From a virus, in IMG/VR virus record IMGVR_UViG_3300036715_003363: DNA of 64,000 bases. The stretch is one strand, 5' to 3'. Below, piece after piece: positions 1-10,971 of this stretch. Within the stretch, counting starts at the first letter, position 1, and each line of letters starts with the position of its first letter. The notes below the pieces were generated by a model. That model made no database searches. It saw only the letters and a list, made by a program, of their open reading frames with translations, and was not told where the DNA came from. The position numbers and the translations under genes were made by a program.

Positions 1-16
1 GTTCATCGAATATCAT
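1..16 (-). CDS. 5' end of a gene running off the window (MIFDE...), possibly ribonucleotide reductase small subunit
   Basis: ATG at 16-14 on the minus strand; only 5 codons are visible. They resemble N-termini I recall for some phage NrdB proteins. Confidence 0.15.
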
Positions 17-83
17 AAATTAGCAGTTGTTGTACATAGTTTGAGTGTGATTATTTTATACTGATTTTAGCGCATTGCTACTT

Positions 84-647
84 TTACTTGTTGCGCTTAT
101 TCTTTGGAAGCGGTTTCCAATCAGATCCTCCGCCGGGAGAATCCCCCCACTTCTTACCTCCTGGAATAGGAGCGTTTTTGTTTGTGAGATTTACTTCAGC
201 TTTAAGATTATTGTTTTCCTTTGTCTTAACAGGCTCAGGTCCGTGAATCTTACTTTTACGCTTAACACTATCAGGAACTGGACCACGATTAATTCCATCA
301 TCTTGAAGCTCGAGTGATTCAATAGGAACAGTCATTGGATTTCTATATAAACCAGGAGCGTATTCAATGATTACATCAACAAAGATATGATCAGGAGACT
401 CAGTGCCACCTCTATAATTCTGAGTTGTTGTTGGATAGATGCTCTTAATTGCACTAACGCGAAGAGTAAGATCAAAACTCGGCTCAGACACTGTTTTCAC
501 CATTTCGATGAAATTAGCCGCCTTATTTTTAAAGAAATCTAATTTTAGAGCATCTTTGCGGAATTTAACACGATCTCCGATAAGAAGACCACCTTGTTGG
601 TATCTCTCAAGGAGATTTTCAAATAAAACGTCAAAATTTTTATTCAT
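84..647 (-). CDS. hypothetical late protein, candidate internal head protein
   Basis: 187-aa ORF. TAAATA upstream (minus, 666-671). N-terminus MNKNFDVLFENLLE ends in an L-x-E motif. Confidence 0.75.
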   Translation of the reverse strand: MNKNFDVLFENLLERYQQGGLLIGDRVKFRKDALKLDFFKNKAANFIEMVKTVSEPSFDLTLRVSAIKSIYPTTTQNYRGGTESPDHIFVDVIIEYAPGLYRNPMTVPIESLELQDDGINRGPVPDSVKRKSKIHGPEPVKTKENNNLKAEVNLTNKNAPIPGGKKWGDSPGGGSDWKPLPKNKRNK

Positions 648-700
648 ATTTGCTTGTAGTGTTATTATTTATGCGGTCAGCAACTAAATAATAGAGAAGA

Positions 701-1192
701 ATGGCTATCAAGATAAAAAGTTTAGAGAAGCTTGCAAACTCTTATACGCAACAGCAACACATATATCAAGATCTTACCTTAGATATTGCACAAAATAAAA
801 TTGTAACAAGAGGATTTCCATTCCCGGTTCCAGGAAAAGATATTGAGGTAAGTCTTGATTACGCAGCAATTAGAAACTCTCTTACAAACTTGTTTAACAC
901 AATTCCTGGCCAGAGATTCTTATTTCCTGATTATGGCCTCGATTTAAGACAATTTTTATTTCTACCAATTACACGAAGCACTGCTCGACTAATTGGTGAC
1001 AGAATACATGAGTCTGTTTCAAATTATGAACCTCGCGTAAATATAATTAACGTTAACGTTCAGTCAGATCCCGACAACAACAAGTACAACATCAGTTTGA
1101 TAATGAGTTTTCCGACATTAAATACTACTAATACAGTAAACTACGCACTCGATATTAAAAATCAGTCGTTTATACTACTACCTTCTAACTAA
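701..1192 (+). CDS. gp25: baseplate wedge subunit gp25
   Basis: AIRNSLTNLFNTIPGQRFLFPDYG...YEPRV matches the gp25/GPW family pattern; adjacent to gp6. Confidence 0.9.
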   Translation: MAIKIKSLEKLANSYTQQQHIYQDLTLDIAQNKIVTRGFPFPVPGKDIEVSLDYAAIRNSLTNLFNTIPGQRFLFPDYGLDLRQFLFLPITRSTARLIGDRIHESVSNYEPRVNIINVNVQSDPDNNKYNISLIMSFPTLNTTNTVNYALDIKNQSFILLPSN

Positions 1193-3000
1193 TGGCTATT
1201 ACACCACAGCAAAATCAATTTAATGTTCCAGCCGGAGGATATATTGCATTTGATGCAATGTCTCTTCGTCAAATTATCGTTGACAGATTAAACGAACAAG
1301 GAACATTTACAGACCAGAATTTCGTTGGTAGTAATTTGTCATCGATTATTGATATTATTTCATTTTCGTACAACACCCTAATTTATTATCTAAACAAAAC
1401 AAGCACAGAGTCAATGTTTACAGAAGCACAGCTGTATGAAAACATGAATCGTATTGTTAAACTTCTCGATTACAACCCAGTTGGTTTGCAGACATCAACG
1501 CTCTCATTTAATGCGTCAGCACAAAATGTTGGAATTGGACTATACACCATTCCGCGATATACATACACAAATGTTAATAGTATTGCATTTTCATTTACTG
1601 AAGACATTACTTTTGCAAAAACAACAAATTCAAGCACATTCGAGGCTCTTACAAATCTATCTCAAGAAAAATTTCTCTATCAAGGAAAATATCAGGAATA
1701 TCCTACATACACAGCTGCCGGCGATAATAATGAAATTGTAATACTCAACACATCATCTGTGCTTGTTGACCATTTCAATATTGACGTGTATGTATACTCC
1801 ACACAAGACGGAAAATGGTACCAGTATTTTCCTACAAAAAGTTTATACCTTGAGTCAAGCAGTGATGTAAAATATGAAATTAGACTTAACGGTAATATGC
1901 GTTACGAAATTAAATTTGGTGATGATATTAATGGAAAAAAACTCAATGTAGATGATAAAGTTGCAATATACTACCTTCAGAGTGACGGAGTGAATGGAAT
2001 TATTGGACCAAACGCTTTAAACCCTCAAACCACAAAACTTGTCAGTCTTAATACATCACAGCTTACAAGCATATTGAACGACACTGTAGGATCTCAATAT
2101 ACATTTTTAAACAGCTCACAAATTAGTAATGTATTAAGACTACAAAATACATCAAGCTCAACAGATATTCAAGCTCCTCAAACTGCAGAAGATATTAGAA
2201 AACTTGCGCCAACAAATTTTCAGAGTCAGTACAGACTTGTTACAACAAACGATTACGAGACATTTATATTAACAAATTTCGCAAATTTGATATCACATGT
2301 TAGAGTAATTAATAATACAGAATATCTCACAAACTACTTAAATTATTTCTATAATCTAGGAATAAATCAGCCGTCCCTAACTGAAAGAGCTCTTATTAAC
2401 CAAGCCTTATATGCAGATAGCTGTAATTTTAATAATGTTTATATCATATCAGTTCCTCGATCCACGAGCAATAATTTTAACTATCTAACACCAGCTCAAA
2501 AGCAGTTAATATCAACATCAATTGATGCATATAAAATTACAACGACGGAAACAACATTTATCGATCCTGTGTATAAAGCTTTTGCTCTTGGTGTTCAAAA
2601 ATACGGATCAGATATTAATCCGATAACTGATACAAGTTGTGTTCAACTACAAATTACAAAATTAAAAACATCAGCAAGAAGCAATCAATCAATTATTAGC
2701 GATGTTGCTAGTATATTTGTTCAATATTTTAATAGATCAAATTTGTCCCTTGGACAAACAGTTGATATTAAATCTTTAACACAAAGTATACTACAAGTTG
2801 ATGGAATTGCATCATTTGTAACTGCTCGTACTGACATAAACAATGCAGTAGTTGAAGGACTGTCAGTATTTGTATGGAATCCTCTGTATCCAACACGAGA
2901 TGCAATAGCAACAACTAATAATGTTACACTAAATCCGTTTGAATATCCATTCTATAATAATTTGACACATATATCAAATTATATTACAGTTACAAATTAA
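1192..3000 (+). CDS. gp6: baseplate wedge subunit gp6
   Basis: FTDQNFVGSNLSSIIDIISF, YEIKFGDDINGKK and QYRLVTTNDYE are T4 gp6-like motifs; start overlaps the gp25 stop. Confidence 0.9.
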   Translation: MAITPQQNQFNVPAGGYIAFDAMSLRQIIVDRLNEQGTFTDQNFVGSNLSSIIDIISFSYNTLIYYLNKTSTESMFTEAQLYENMNRIVKLLDYNPVGLQTSTLSFNASAQNVGIGLYTIPRYTYTNVNSIAFSFTEDITFAKTTNSSTFEALTNLSQEKFLYQGKYQEYPTYTAAGDNNEIVILNTSSVLVDHFNIDVYVYSTQDGKWYQYFPTKSLYLESSSDVKYEIRLNGNMRYEIKFGDDINGKKLNVDDKVAIYYLQSDGVNGIIGPNALNPQTTKLVSLNTSQLTSILNDTVGSQYTFLNSSQISNVLRLQNTSSSTDIQAPQTAEDIRKLAPTNFQSQYRLVTTNDYETFILTNFANLISHVRVINNTEYLTNYLNYFYNLGINQPSLTERALINQALYADSCNFNNVYIISVPRSTSNNFNYLTPAQKQLISTSIDAYKITTTETTFIDPVYKAFALGVQKYGSDINPITDTSCVQLQITKLKTSARSNQSIISDVASIFVQYFNRSNLSLGQTVDIKSLTQSILQVDGIASFVTARTDINNAVVEGLSVFVWNPLYPTRDAIATTNNVTLNPFEYPFYNNLTHISNYITVTN

Positions 3001-3003
3001 AGT

Positions 3004-6000
3004 ATGTCTATTGATGCACAGTTTACAGTCTCACCGGCCACTGGGGATGTATATGGTACCCCCTTTGTATTTACTAATACAACTACTGGTGATATTAAGA
3101 ACATTGTATGGGATTACGGTGATGGAAATATAGAATACGGAACTCAAAATCCGACGCACATATATAATTTTCCTGGAAAATACGCCGTAAGTCTATCAGC
3201 GTTTGATCAAATCGGTAATATCTCAACATATCAAACATTTCTTTCAGCAGATTATGTTTATAGAGATTATATTAACTTTGCGCAGTACCCAAGCGACTTT
3301 TCAATTCCAGGAGAAACTACATCGCAACCATTTGTAATTTCTGTTGTATCAGCGCAAATTGATCAGCCACTATATGTGCAGCTGTTTGCTTGTAATTCAC
3401 CGTCACAGCCAGAGATATTTTCACAAAATAAATGGAACTTTTTAACTCCTACATGGAACTTTGTAGATAAAAATGGAAGTAAGACAGATCAGCTTCTAAT
3501 TGATACTGTAAACCTATATAATTCACTCGGCAATGTGGTAGGCCTTTCTGGTACAGGGATGTTTTATTTTAAAGATGACGTCAGCATTGGAAATCCAGTT
3601 AACAACTGCCCTCTTATACTCGTTGCAACACTACAGACATCAGCTTTTCACGTTCCCACTGAAACAAATATATACAAATATCCAAGTTACAGTAACACCA
3701 CAGTGTCGCGTGCAGCTCTTGCTTGGCAAATTTACGACTACAGACCTGATTATCTACGAGTAACAGGAAATTACATTGACGACATATCTAAAAATAAGTG
3801 GCAGGGAGTAAAAATTCCTGTAATGATTACAGGTCACACTGATAAAAGCAAAAGATACACAGGAGTTACGTCTACAAGCAGCGGAATACTGTTTAATTAC
3901 CCGTCATCAAATGCAGCTGGTATTCTTAACCCTGTAACACTAACATTACAAACAAATACGATACCTAATCTATCTGCTTCAATTGACGAAGCACCTTTAT
4001 ATTTTCAGCAAACAGATATTAACGGTTACGACTCAGGTGGATATATATTTACAACAGTAACGCCGCTTGCAACTGCAAATAATGTTACAATTACTGCAAG
4101 TCTTAGTACAGATGAAAACGCGCAGGTAGATGAGTGGGAATTTCCGTATCCTGCAGGATACGGAGCATCACCAACCGGATGGATTTCAAATCCTGAAAAT
4201 AAAAGCATTGTAAAAGTGATTTCAATACCATATCCAGATAATTGCACTACAATCAATTACTATAAGCAAAATGGAACTCTTATTGATACAAGAATGACAC
4301 CAGTTGATACTCCAATTGGAATGGGAAGCACTTTTAACTATCAAACATCCGGGTATTCCGGTGTGTATAGTATGTCTGTATTCCCCGGCGACAATAGTGT
4401 CATTGCAACTGATGCAGAGCTTGATACATTATACAAATTTTCAAGTGTTGGAAATTTAATTTCAAGCGTCTCGCTTTCAAGTGTAACATTGCTTTTACCT
4501 CTTACGGCAGGAGCAACCCCAGCATATGCAAGCGTTGATCTCGAAGGGAGTATATGGGTTACGTTATATAACAGTGTATCAGTTTTAAAGTTTGACAACA
4601 ATTTTAATTTATTAACTGTCGCATGCCCAACAGGAATACCAATTGGGCCACTATCTTTCGATGACGATATTTTAAAGCCGGCCGCTGTTGAAACTGATTC
4701 GAATAATAATGCATGGGTAACATACACCCACCCACTTTGCAGTCTATTAGTAAAATACGATACCGCTGGCAACACTCTACTTGAAATTAGTCTCGGAGAA
4801 TATTCATCACCCGTTGGTCTTGCAGTAAATAAAAAGAATCAGGTTTGGGTTGCAAATACATACAGCACATATTCTTCAGGAGGAAGTATAAACCTGTTTG
4901 ACACAAACGGCGTCCTTCTAAGCACAGTTACAGGATTTTCAAGACCTGGATACATGACACTTGACAACAAAAATAATTTGTGGTTTACTCATGGTGTAAG
5001 AAATATTGCATATGTTGACCGAGTAACAGGTGCGTTGTCATCATGGTATATACAACAAATACCTGATGGTGAAAATACAGCAAATACATTTAGATCGTTT
5101 AATGACTCAACAACAAATTCAATAAATTATCCGTATCTTGATCCTGCATTTGCAGCCTCACAAGATGAAGAAATTGGTGGATTAGCATCTGATTGCTATA
5201 ATAGGCTGTGGGTTATAGATTCTGTTTCAAACAACACATATATTCTTTCGGCAACACCGTCATTTACTCTCGGCACAGTAAAATATTTTAAAGTTCAGCC
5301 GTGGACAAGCGTTGGTTATATAAACGATCAGTACAATACATTTACATATGCAATTACTGCACCAGGGATGAAGTCAGCGCAAGCAGTAGGCGACTGGACA
5401 GGAAATAAGTGGTTTCAAAAATATGCAAATTTTTCGGGAGTAATATCAGGTGTTTCTGTTCCGTTTAATATTAGTAGTTTTGATAATCCGTCTACATTTA
5501 GAACAGTGAATGAAAGTTTTGATACTGCAGGATATTATAAAAGTCTTGCTCTACCTGAAAATCTACAGCAAAACACAAATTTGTTTGATTCGTTTCTTGC
5601 AGCAATTGCAGGTACTGGTGAGCCAGATCAATATGAAGATATTGGACAAAAAATATATGAAAGAATTGCAAACTTCTTACAAAATCACAACGATGTTGAT
5701 ACTTGCAATATTGCACAGCTAATATCTCTTGCAGAATCTGTAGGTATTACTGTAAATAATTTTTGTGATGTGTATCCTGCTGAAATTTTAAGACTTATTA
5801 ATATTGCATCAATACCTCGGGCAAAACTCTGGGGACTTCAAGATTTAACGCCTGTCGCGACACAAACACTATATCAAAGTAGAAACAGCCAACTCAATAC
5901 ACAGACTGATTATGTTACGGCTGGTTCACAAATATATCTACAGAGCATATTTGATCAAAATATGGTACTGACAACTGTTCCGCAAATTCCAGAATACAGT

Positions 6001-6243
6001 GCAATATATCCTCTGTCATCATATCCTTCATATGGCTTAATTCCCCCAGTAACAATAAATTATAAGTTTTATAATTATAAACCTGTTTTCAGTGGCGAAT
6101 TTATTGAGAGTATTGTTGATTGGAACAGCCCTTATACTACAGTTAATATGAATTTATCAACATCTGATAATATCTATAATGACGGCGGTCTTATAGAAAC
6201 AATGTTTAACTACCTATTAACAAAGAATATAGTTGATAAATAA
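3004..6243 (+). CDS. large baseplate protein: PKD domain, beta-propeller and gp7/P2 gpI-like C-terminus
   Basis: PKD signature WDYGDG...PTHIYNFPGKYAVSL; propeller-like repeats (IWVT, AWVT, VWVAN, LWFT); helical wedge-like C-terminal region; follows gp6. Confidence 0.65.
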   Translation: MSIDAQFTVSPATGDVYGTPFVFTNTTTGDIKNIVWDYGDGNIEYGTQNPTHIYNFPGKYAVSLSAFDQIGNISTYQTFLSADYVYRDYINFAQYPSDFSIPGETTSQPFVISVVSAQIDQPLYVQLFACNSPSQPEIFSQNKWNFLTPTWNFVDKNGSKTDQLLIDTVNLYNSLGNVVGLSGTGMFYFKDDVSIGNPVNNCPLILVATLQTSAFHVPTETNIYKYPSYSNTTVSRAALAWQIYDYRPDYLRVTGNYIDDISKNKWQGVKIPVMITGHTDKSKRYTGVTSTSSGILFNYPSSNAAGILNPVTLTLQTNTIPNLSASIDEAPLYFQQTDINGYDSGGYIFTTVTPLATANNVTITASLSTDENAQVDEWEFPYPAGYGASPTGWISNPENKSIVKVISIPYPDNCTTINYYKQNGTLIDTRMTPVDTPIGMGSTFNYQTSGYSGVYSMSVFPGDNSVIATDAELDTLYKFSSVGNLISSVSLSSVTLLLPLTAGATPAYASVDLEGSIWVTLYNSVSVLKFDNNFNLLTVACPTGIPIGPLSFDDDILKPAAVETDSNNNAWVTYTHPLCSLLVKYDTAGNTLLEISLGEYSSPVGLAVNKKNQVWVANTYSTYSSGGSINLFDTNGVLLSTVTGFSRPGYMTLDNKNNLWFTHGVRNIAYVDRVTGALSSWYIQQIPDGENTANTFRSFNDSTTNSINYPYLDPAFAASQDEEIGGLASDCYNRLWVIDSVSNNTYILSATPSFTLGTVKYFKVQPWTSVGYINDQYNTFTYAITAPGMKSAQAVGDWTGNKWFQKYANFSGVISGVSVPFNISSFDNPSTFRTVNESFDTAGYYKSLALPENLQQNTNLFDSFLAAIAGTGEPDQYEDIGQKIYERIANFLQNHNDVDTCNIAQLISLAESVGITVNNFCDVYPAEILRLINIASIPRAKLWGLQDLTPVATQTLYQSRNSQLNTQTDYVTAGSQIYLQSIFDQNMVLTTVPQIPEYSAIYPLSSYPSYGLIPPVTINYKFYNYKPVFSGEFIESIVDWNSPYTTVNMNLSTSDNIYNDGGLIETMFNYLLTKNIVDK

Positions 6244-6248
6244 TAGTA

Positions 6249-9200
6249 GTGGAAACAACAACTCTCCAACAGCTAGATAAATACGCGTCTCCTCGTAGTG
6301 CATCAAGTGCAGATAGTAGTGCACCATTTTCTTTTCAGCTGTGGTATTCATCACATCAAGGAGTTATCCCAGGCCAAGAGTATAAACAGTACGGTGAATA
6401 CCTTGTAAGATGGTATAGAGATGCAAATATTGAAAATAGTAGTAGAGTTAATAGAATTAAATTAAACTATTTCACGCTGTTAAATCAACTACAACTCTTT
6501 ATTCCGAGACAGGACCTTGAAGAGTGGTACAATCAGGTTAATATAAATGATGAAAAAGAGCTTCTTCTTTCAATTCCTTACTATGCAAAAAAGCTAAGAG
6601 ATATTGCGTTATACTATCAGCAAGTTAGAGAAAGCATTAAAAAAGCTAAACTTCAATACAATTTAGTGGGAACAAGCACTAGCATGCATCAAGGTATCAT
6701 TAGTGATATATTGAGTCAGTTTACACAGCAAGGAATAACAAATATAAGTGTTCCTGCATCTGTCTGGAACACAATTCCGTCATTAAGTGCAGTCAAGGAC
6801 ACAATTAATATTCAAATTGAAGAATTGTATGATTTTCAAAATTATCTCGGACAGAGTCCAACAGTTTCAGCTAGTGAATACTTTGATCTAACAGACCAGC
6901 AAACAAACGACTTTTTTGCGAGTCGTGGTCTTGCATTAAGTTCCTCAAACTGGTTGTATTCCACAGGTAATCTAGATCTTAGCATATCAACTGGCAACTC
7001 CAATATTGACGCACTACAAAATATATTAACCAGAAAGCTTATTGGTGAAAATAAGTATAATTCTTCAGCTCTTTTACTATCATCAAATTCTGAACATTTT
7101 ACTATTGCAATTAAAGCTGGAAATAACTTTTTTTATTGGCCTAGTGGTTCATATGAATCTATTGCAAGCACGAGAAAAGAATTTACACCTGTTCGAGTTA
7201 ATGAAGCAGGTATAACAGGTGCGCGCGCCGGACAAACTCTTCAAACCGCAGATACGATAATAGTAAAATCTGATAGCGGAATCGAAGGAGCGTGGTTTCG
7301 CTATATACCATATAGCGAATCAAACAATATAATGAGTGCAGCATTTAATGCAAACTCAAGAACATCATTTCGTTTTCCTTTCCCTGGATTCGGTCTATCA
7401 GGAGAAGATATTGATTGGACTGGTTATGGATTATCATCAACAAAATCATTTGAGTATCTCGATCCAGAATACAAACAAGCAGTTGAAAATGTTTACTGGA
7501 ATACAGCAACACTCAGTTCAACTACAACGCCAATAAAAATAAATGATACAACTCTTGCTATCAGTAAATCAAATGCAAGCCAGCAATACGAATTGGCTGA
7601 TAAAATAACAGTCTGGAGTAAGCCGCCCGCATATAATTCAAGTGCATACTCAGGAATCAGTCAAAAAGCATGGTTGTATAAAATGCTCAATACAGACATT
7701 CCTATTGCAGCAAACGCTCCAAATATTATTGTATGGCCGTATCAAAGGGTTGATATCGCCGCTCCATTCCCATCAAATATTCCAACTGATTATTCTGCAT
7801 GCAATCCAGTTGCATTAACGAGCGTATATATTGGCGGAGGAGTAGCATCAGATACAATTGATAATGCTGATAAAATATATAAGCTTGTAAACTACACAGA
7901 TACAATTGATAGTGCAGTTGAGTGTGCATGGCTTTCGGGCAGTACATTTATTACATCATCTTTGTCAGGGGTCAATCAGCCTGGATTGAGTATGGTATTG
8001 CCATCAGGACTAGTAACACGTTTTGTGTGGCAGGGTAGAAATAATGCGACACCAGGTGAATTATTTCCTTCAATCAATCACGCAAACGACTGCACCTATA
8101 CTCTTACCGCCAGTTCAACATATATTAATAGTGACATCTGCACCTGTCGATCAGTTCAGTTCTCTCCCTTTGGTCAGCCAGGAACTAGTTTTACTGATAA
8201 TAACAAGCTCACAGATTTTATTGCTCTTGATACACAGTCGCCAAAAAACTTTGATTTAAACACATGGGTTGGATCAGACGGAAGTCAATACACAAGCAGT
8301 AGAGACTTTACATGGTTTCAAACAAACACAAATATTGGATGGGGTGATGGAAGCTGGAATAATAACAATTTTGTATTACAGCAAGGAAAATCATATGTTT
8401 ATAGTAGAGCTAACGCAACAAACGTTAATACACCTCTACCAGACTTAATTGTAAGATATTCCTATTCTAACAATACAACACAGTGGATAAAATCCGTTCA
8501 GCAAAACGATAACTCATGGTCATCAGCTGACACACCTTCAGACATGGTGTTTAACTGTAATGACATTTTAAACTTTACTACAGTTGGTGCAACAGAATTT
8601 GATTCGTACAATCTTACGAACACACAAACAACTATTACAAATAACATTACGAGTATTTGGTCAGATTACGATTATGTAAGTATACATCAACAAGTGTTGG
8701 TGACATATCCATATACGACGTACACTGATGTCACAGCTTTAAACAGTCCAGATGCGTACGACCAATATCCAAGTGTTAACACAAGTATGATACAGCAGTA
8801 TACTGCGTGGTCACTAAAATCTCCCACTGGAAACACACTGTATTTTTACAACACACCAAGCTTTTCTTTTGCTCCTACTCTTACAGGATTATACACAATT
8901 GCACTGACTGCATTAACTGCAGGAGCAACACCAAGTCTGTCAGGTCTATATTATTTTAGTAATATTCCACCAATTACAGCAGTAAATCCAGTAACGCTGA
9001 CGGTTGGAGTGACATCAAATAATATAACAGTGCCAGGTTATGTGCTTAACACACCTCTTAAAGGATGGGGATATAATTCAGGTATCTTTGATAAAAACCT
9101 AACAGATGCACAGCCTGGAGCAAAACCTTTCTGGGCATTAGCATATAGCGCAAAATCAGCAAATACTAAATTTGGTGGTATTGACAGTTGGGGATCACCT

Positions 9201-10934
9201 CAAAAAATTGTCGACGGTCATAATATTGTAACTCAACCAGATATAAGCAACATTACGCTAAATGGAGGTGAATACTTTGAGTATGACAGACAATACCCAT
9301 CAACAATTACATGGAATCAGCCAATTACTGTTCAAACAGCAGTAAATGACAAAGAATGGTGTACTCTTCAAATATCAACAACAGGTATCGCGGCGCTATC
9401 AAAAGATATCAAGAATATTCAGACTGATCTTGAAGTTATTCCTCTCAATACAAGGTCATCTCTCGCTATTAGCAATTATGTTAACAATAAACCCGTTCAA
9501 GTTTATTATACTGCAGCATCTCCGTTTACGTGGAATATAACCGCGGTTCCTCTTGTGAGCGCTCTAATATTTCCAGTGACATCAATAACACCAACTATTG
9601 AAGCACTCAATCCGTGGAGTAATATAACAAATAGATTCTATCCAACAATTGCAACGACTCCATTTCTAGGCTCTCTTTCAAGTGAAAATCAATTTGGAGG
9701 ATTTTTCGCACCAAAATACCTCGGTGCTTCATTCTTTATTGATAAAGACTACACAATTACAACATCCGCATCAGGGTCCGCTCTCTCAGGTCTATTTGAA
9801 GATCCCGCTATTCACGTTGGTGGACGCGAATTAACAAAACAAGATCAATTAACACCATTTACAGTGTCAATTGAAAATAACGTGTGGATGAAAGAGCCTA
9901 TTTTATCAGGTCCTGCAGCTGGTAGTGTTAGAAAATCGGTTGCAAAAAAATATCAAAAATTTATTCCGTATCAGTCAAACTATGAAACAAATAGTCTCAA
10001 TCAGATGGGATTAATTACACCAACAAGCAGACAAACTCCTTGGGGCGGAGCAGATGACCAGCAATGGAGTGATCCACAAAATCAGCCAATGAGTTTTGCA
10101 GGAGTAGTTAGCGTTGACACATGGGGAGATTCTCAAGTATTAAAAGAGTATAGTAAACAGCTTGATAGTTGGGCGACAGATATTTTTGGTAACCAATACG
10201 GGCTATATAAAAATCTGAGCGGAGTTTCTGTAACTAGTAGACACGATATACCTGGGGATATATGGACCAGAAAAAATTCACAGATGGTAGATCCTGGATT
10301 TATATCACTATCCGGAGTGTTTAATACATACTCCAACACGTTTTTATACCCTCAACTTACCGGATCAGGAGTTAATAAGTTAGAAGTATTTTTTGACACT
10401 CTATATATTGAAACATCGAGTGCAATTTTCTTTGAAAAAATTGAGTACGACTATGAAACAGGCGAAATATATAGTGTTGCAGATAATGCGCGCTATATAT
10501 CTCTCGTAATGCCAGTCACCCCAACACTGAGTAGAGAGTTTAACGCGATTAGTTATGATACATTTAATCAACAGTATTCAAGCATTGCTCTTCCTGGTGA
10601 AACTTGGTTCTTTCCTCAGAAAAAGCAGGTTATTACGAGTGTGTGTGGATGCTCAGCGTTTAATATCAGTCCAGAACTATACAAAATTGATATCAACACA
10701 CATCAATTCAGCAAAGTGTTTCCAATAACACAAAGTGACACAAGCACAATTGCATTACTAACATCACTATCAGCAACACAAATTTCAAGACCAGTGTTGT
10801 CATACAATAATACAAGCAAAGAATATATATTTACAATTGACACTATTAGTGTACAACAGAAAAAGTCAATTATTGAAATTATAATTCAAGATTTGCCGGT
10901 GTTTACTATCAAAACAATCAAGGTATGGAGCTAA
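6249..10934 (+). CDS. very large virion structural protein (baseplate/appendage)
   Basis: 1561-aa S/T/N-rich ORF, GTG start 6 nt after TAAATA (6237-6242), located in the baseplate cluster. Confidence 0.6.
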   Translation: METTTLQQLDKYASPRSASSADSSAPFSFQLWYSSHQGVIPGQEYKQYGEYLVRWYRDANIENSSRVNRIKLNYFTLLNQLQLFIPRQDLEEWYNQVNINDEKELLLSIPYYAKKLRDIALYYQQVRESIKKAKLQYNLVGTSTSMHQGIISDILSQFTQQGITNISVPASVWNTIPSLSAVKDTINIQIEELYDFQNYLGQSPTVSASEYFDLTDQQTNDFFASRGLALSSSNWLYSTGNLDLSISTGNSNIDALQNILTRKLIGENKYNSSALLLSSNSEHFTIAIKAGNNFFYWPSGSYESIASTRKEFTPVRVNEAGITGARAGQTLQTADTIIVKSDSGIEGAWFRYIPYSESNNIMSAAFNANSRTSFRFPFPGFGLSGEDIDWTGYGLSSTKSFEYLDPEYKQAVENVYWNTATLSSTTTPIKINDTTLAISKSNASQQYELADKITVWSKPPAYNSSAYSGISQKAWLYKMLNTDIPIAANAPNIIVWPYQRVDIAAPFPSNIPTDYSACNPVALTSVYIGGGVASDTIDNADKIYKLVNYTDTIDSAVECAWLSGSTFITSSLSGVNQPGLSMVLPSGLVTRFVWQGRNNATPGELFPSINHANDCTYTLTASSTYINSDICTCRSVQFSPFGQPGTSFTDNNKLTDFIALDTQSPKNFDLNTWVGSDGSQYTSSRDFTWFQTNTNIGWGDGSWNNNNFVLQQGKSYVYSRANATNVNTPLPDLIVRYSYSNNTTQWIKSVQQNDNSWSSADTPSDMVFNCNDILNFTTVGATEFDSYNLTNTQTTITNNITSIWSDYDYVSIHQQVLVTYPYTTYTDVTALNSPDAYDQYPSVNTSMIQQYTAWSLKSPTGNTLYFYNTPSFSFAPTLTGLYTIALTALTAGATPSLSGLYYFSNIPPITAVNPVTLTVGVTSNNITVPGYVLNTPLKGWGYNSGIFDKNLTDAQPGAKPFWALAYSAKSANTKFGGIDSWGSPQKIVDGHNIVTQPDISNITLNGGEYFEYDRQYPSTITWNQPITVQTAVNDKEWCTLQISTTGIAALSKDIKNIQTDLEVIPLNTRSSLAISNYVNNKPVQVYYTAASPFTWNITAVPLVSALIFPVTSITPTIEALNPWSNITNRFYPTIATTPFLGSLSSENQFGGFFAPKYLGASFFIDKDYTITTSASGSALSGLFEDPAIHVGGRELTKQDQLTPFTVSIENNVWMKEPILSGPAAGSVRKSVAKKYQKFIPYQSNYETNSLNQMGLITPTSRQTPWGGADDQQWSDPQNQPMSFAGVVSVDTWGDSQVLKEYSKQLDSWATDIFGNQYGLYKNLSGVSVTSRHDIPGDIWTRKNSQMVDPGFISLSGVFNTYSNTFLYPQLTGSGVNKLEVFFDTLYIETSSAIFFEKIEYDYETGEIYSVADNARYISLVMPVTPTLSREFNAISYDTFNQQYSSIALPGETWFFPQKKQVITSVCGCSAFNISPELYKIDINTHQFSKVFPITQSDTSTIALLTSLSATQISRPVLSYNNTSKEYIFTIDTISVQQKKSIIEIIIQDLPVFTIKTIKVWS

Positions 10935-10971
10935 AGCTTGTTTCTTTTGCAGCTTATGATAAATAACATAC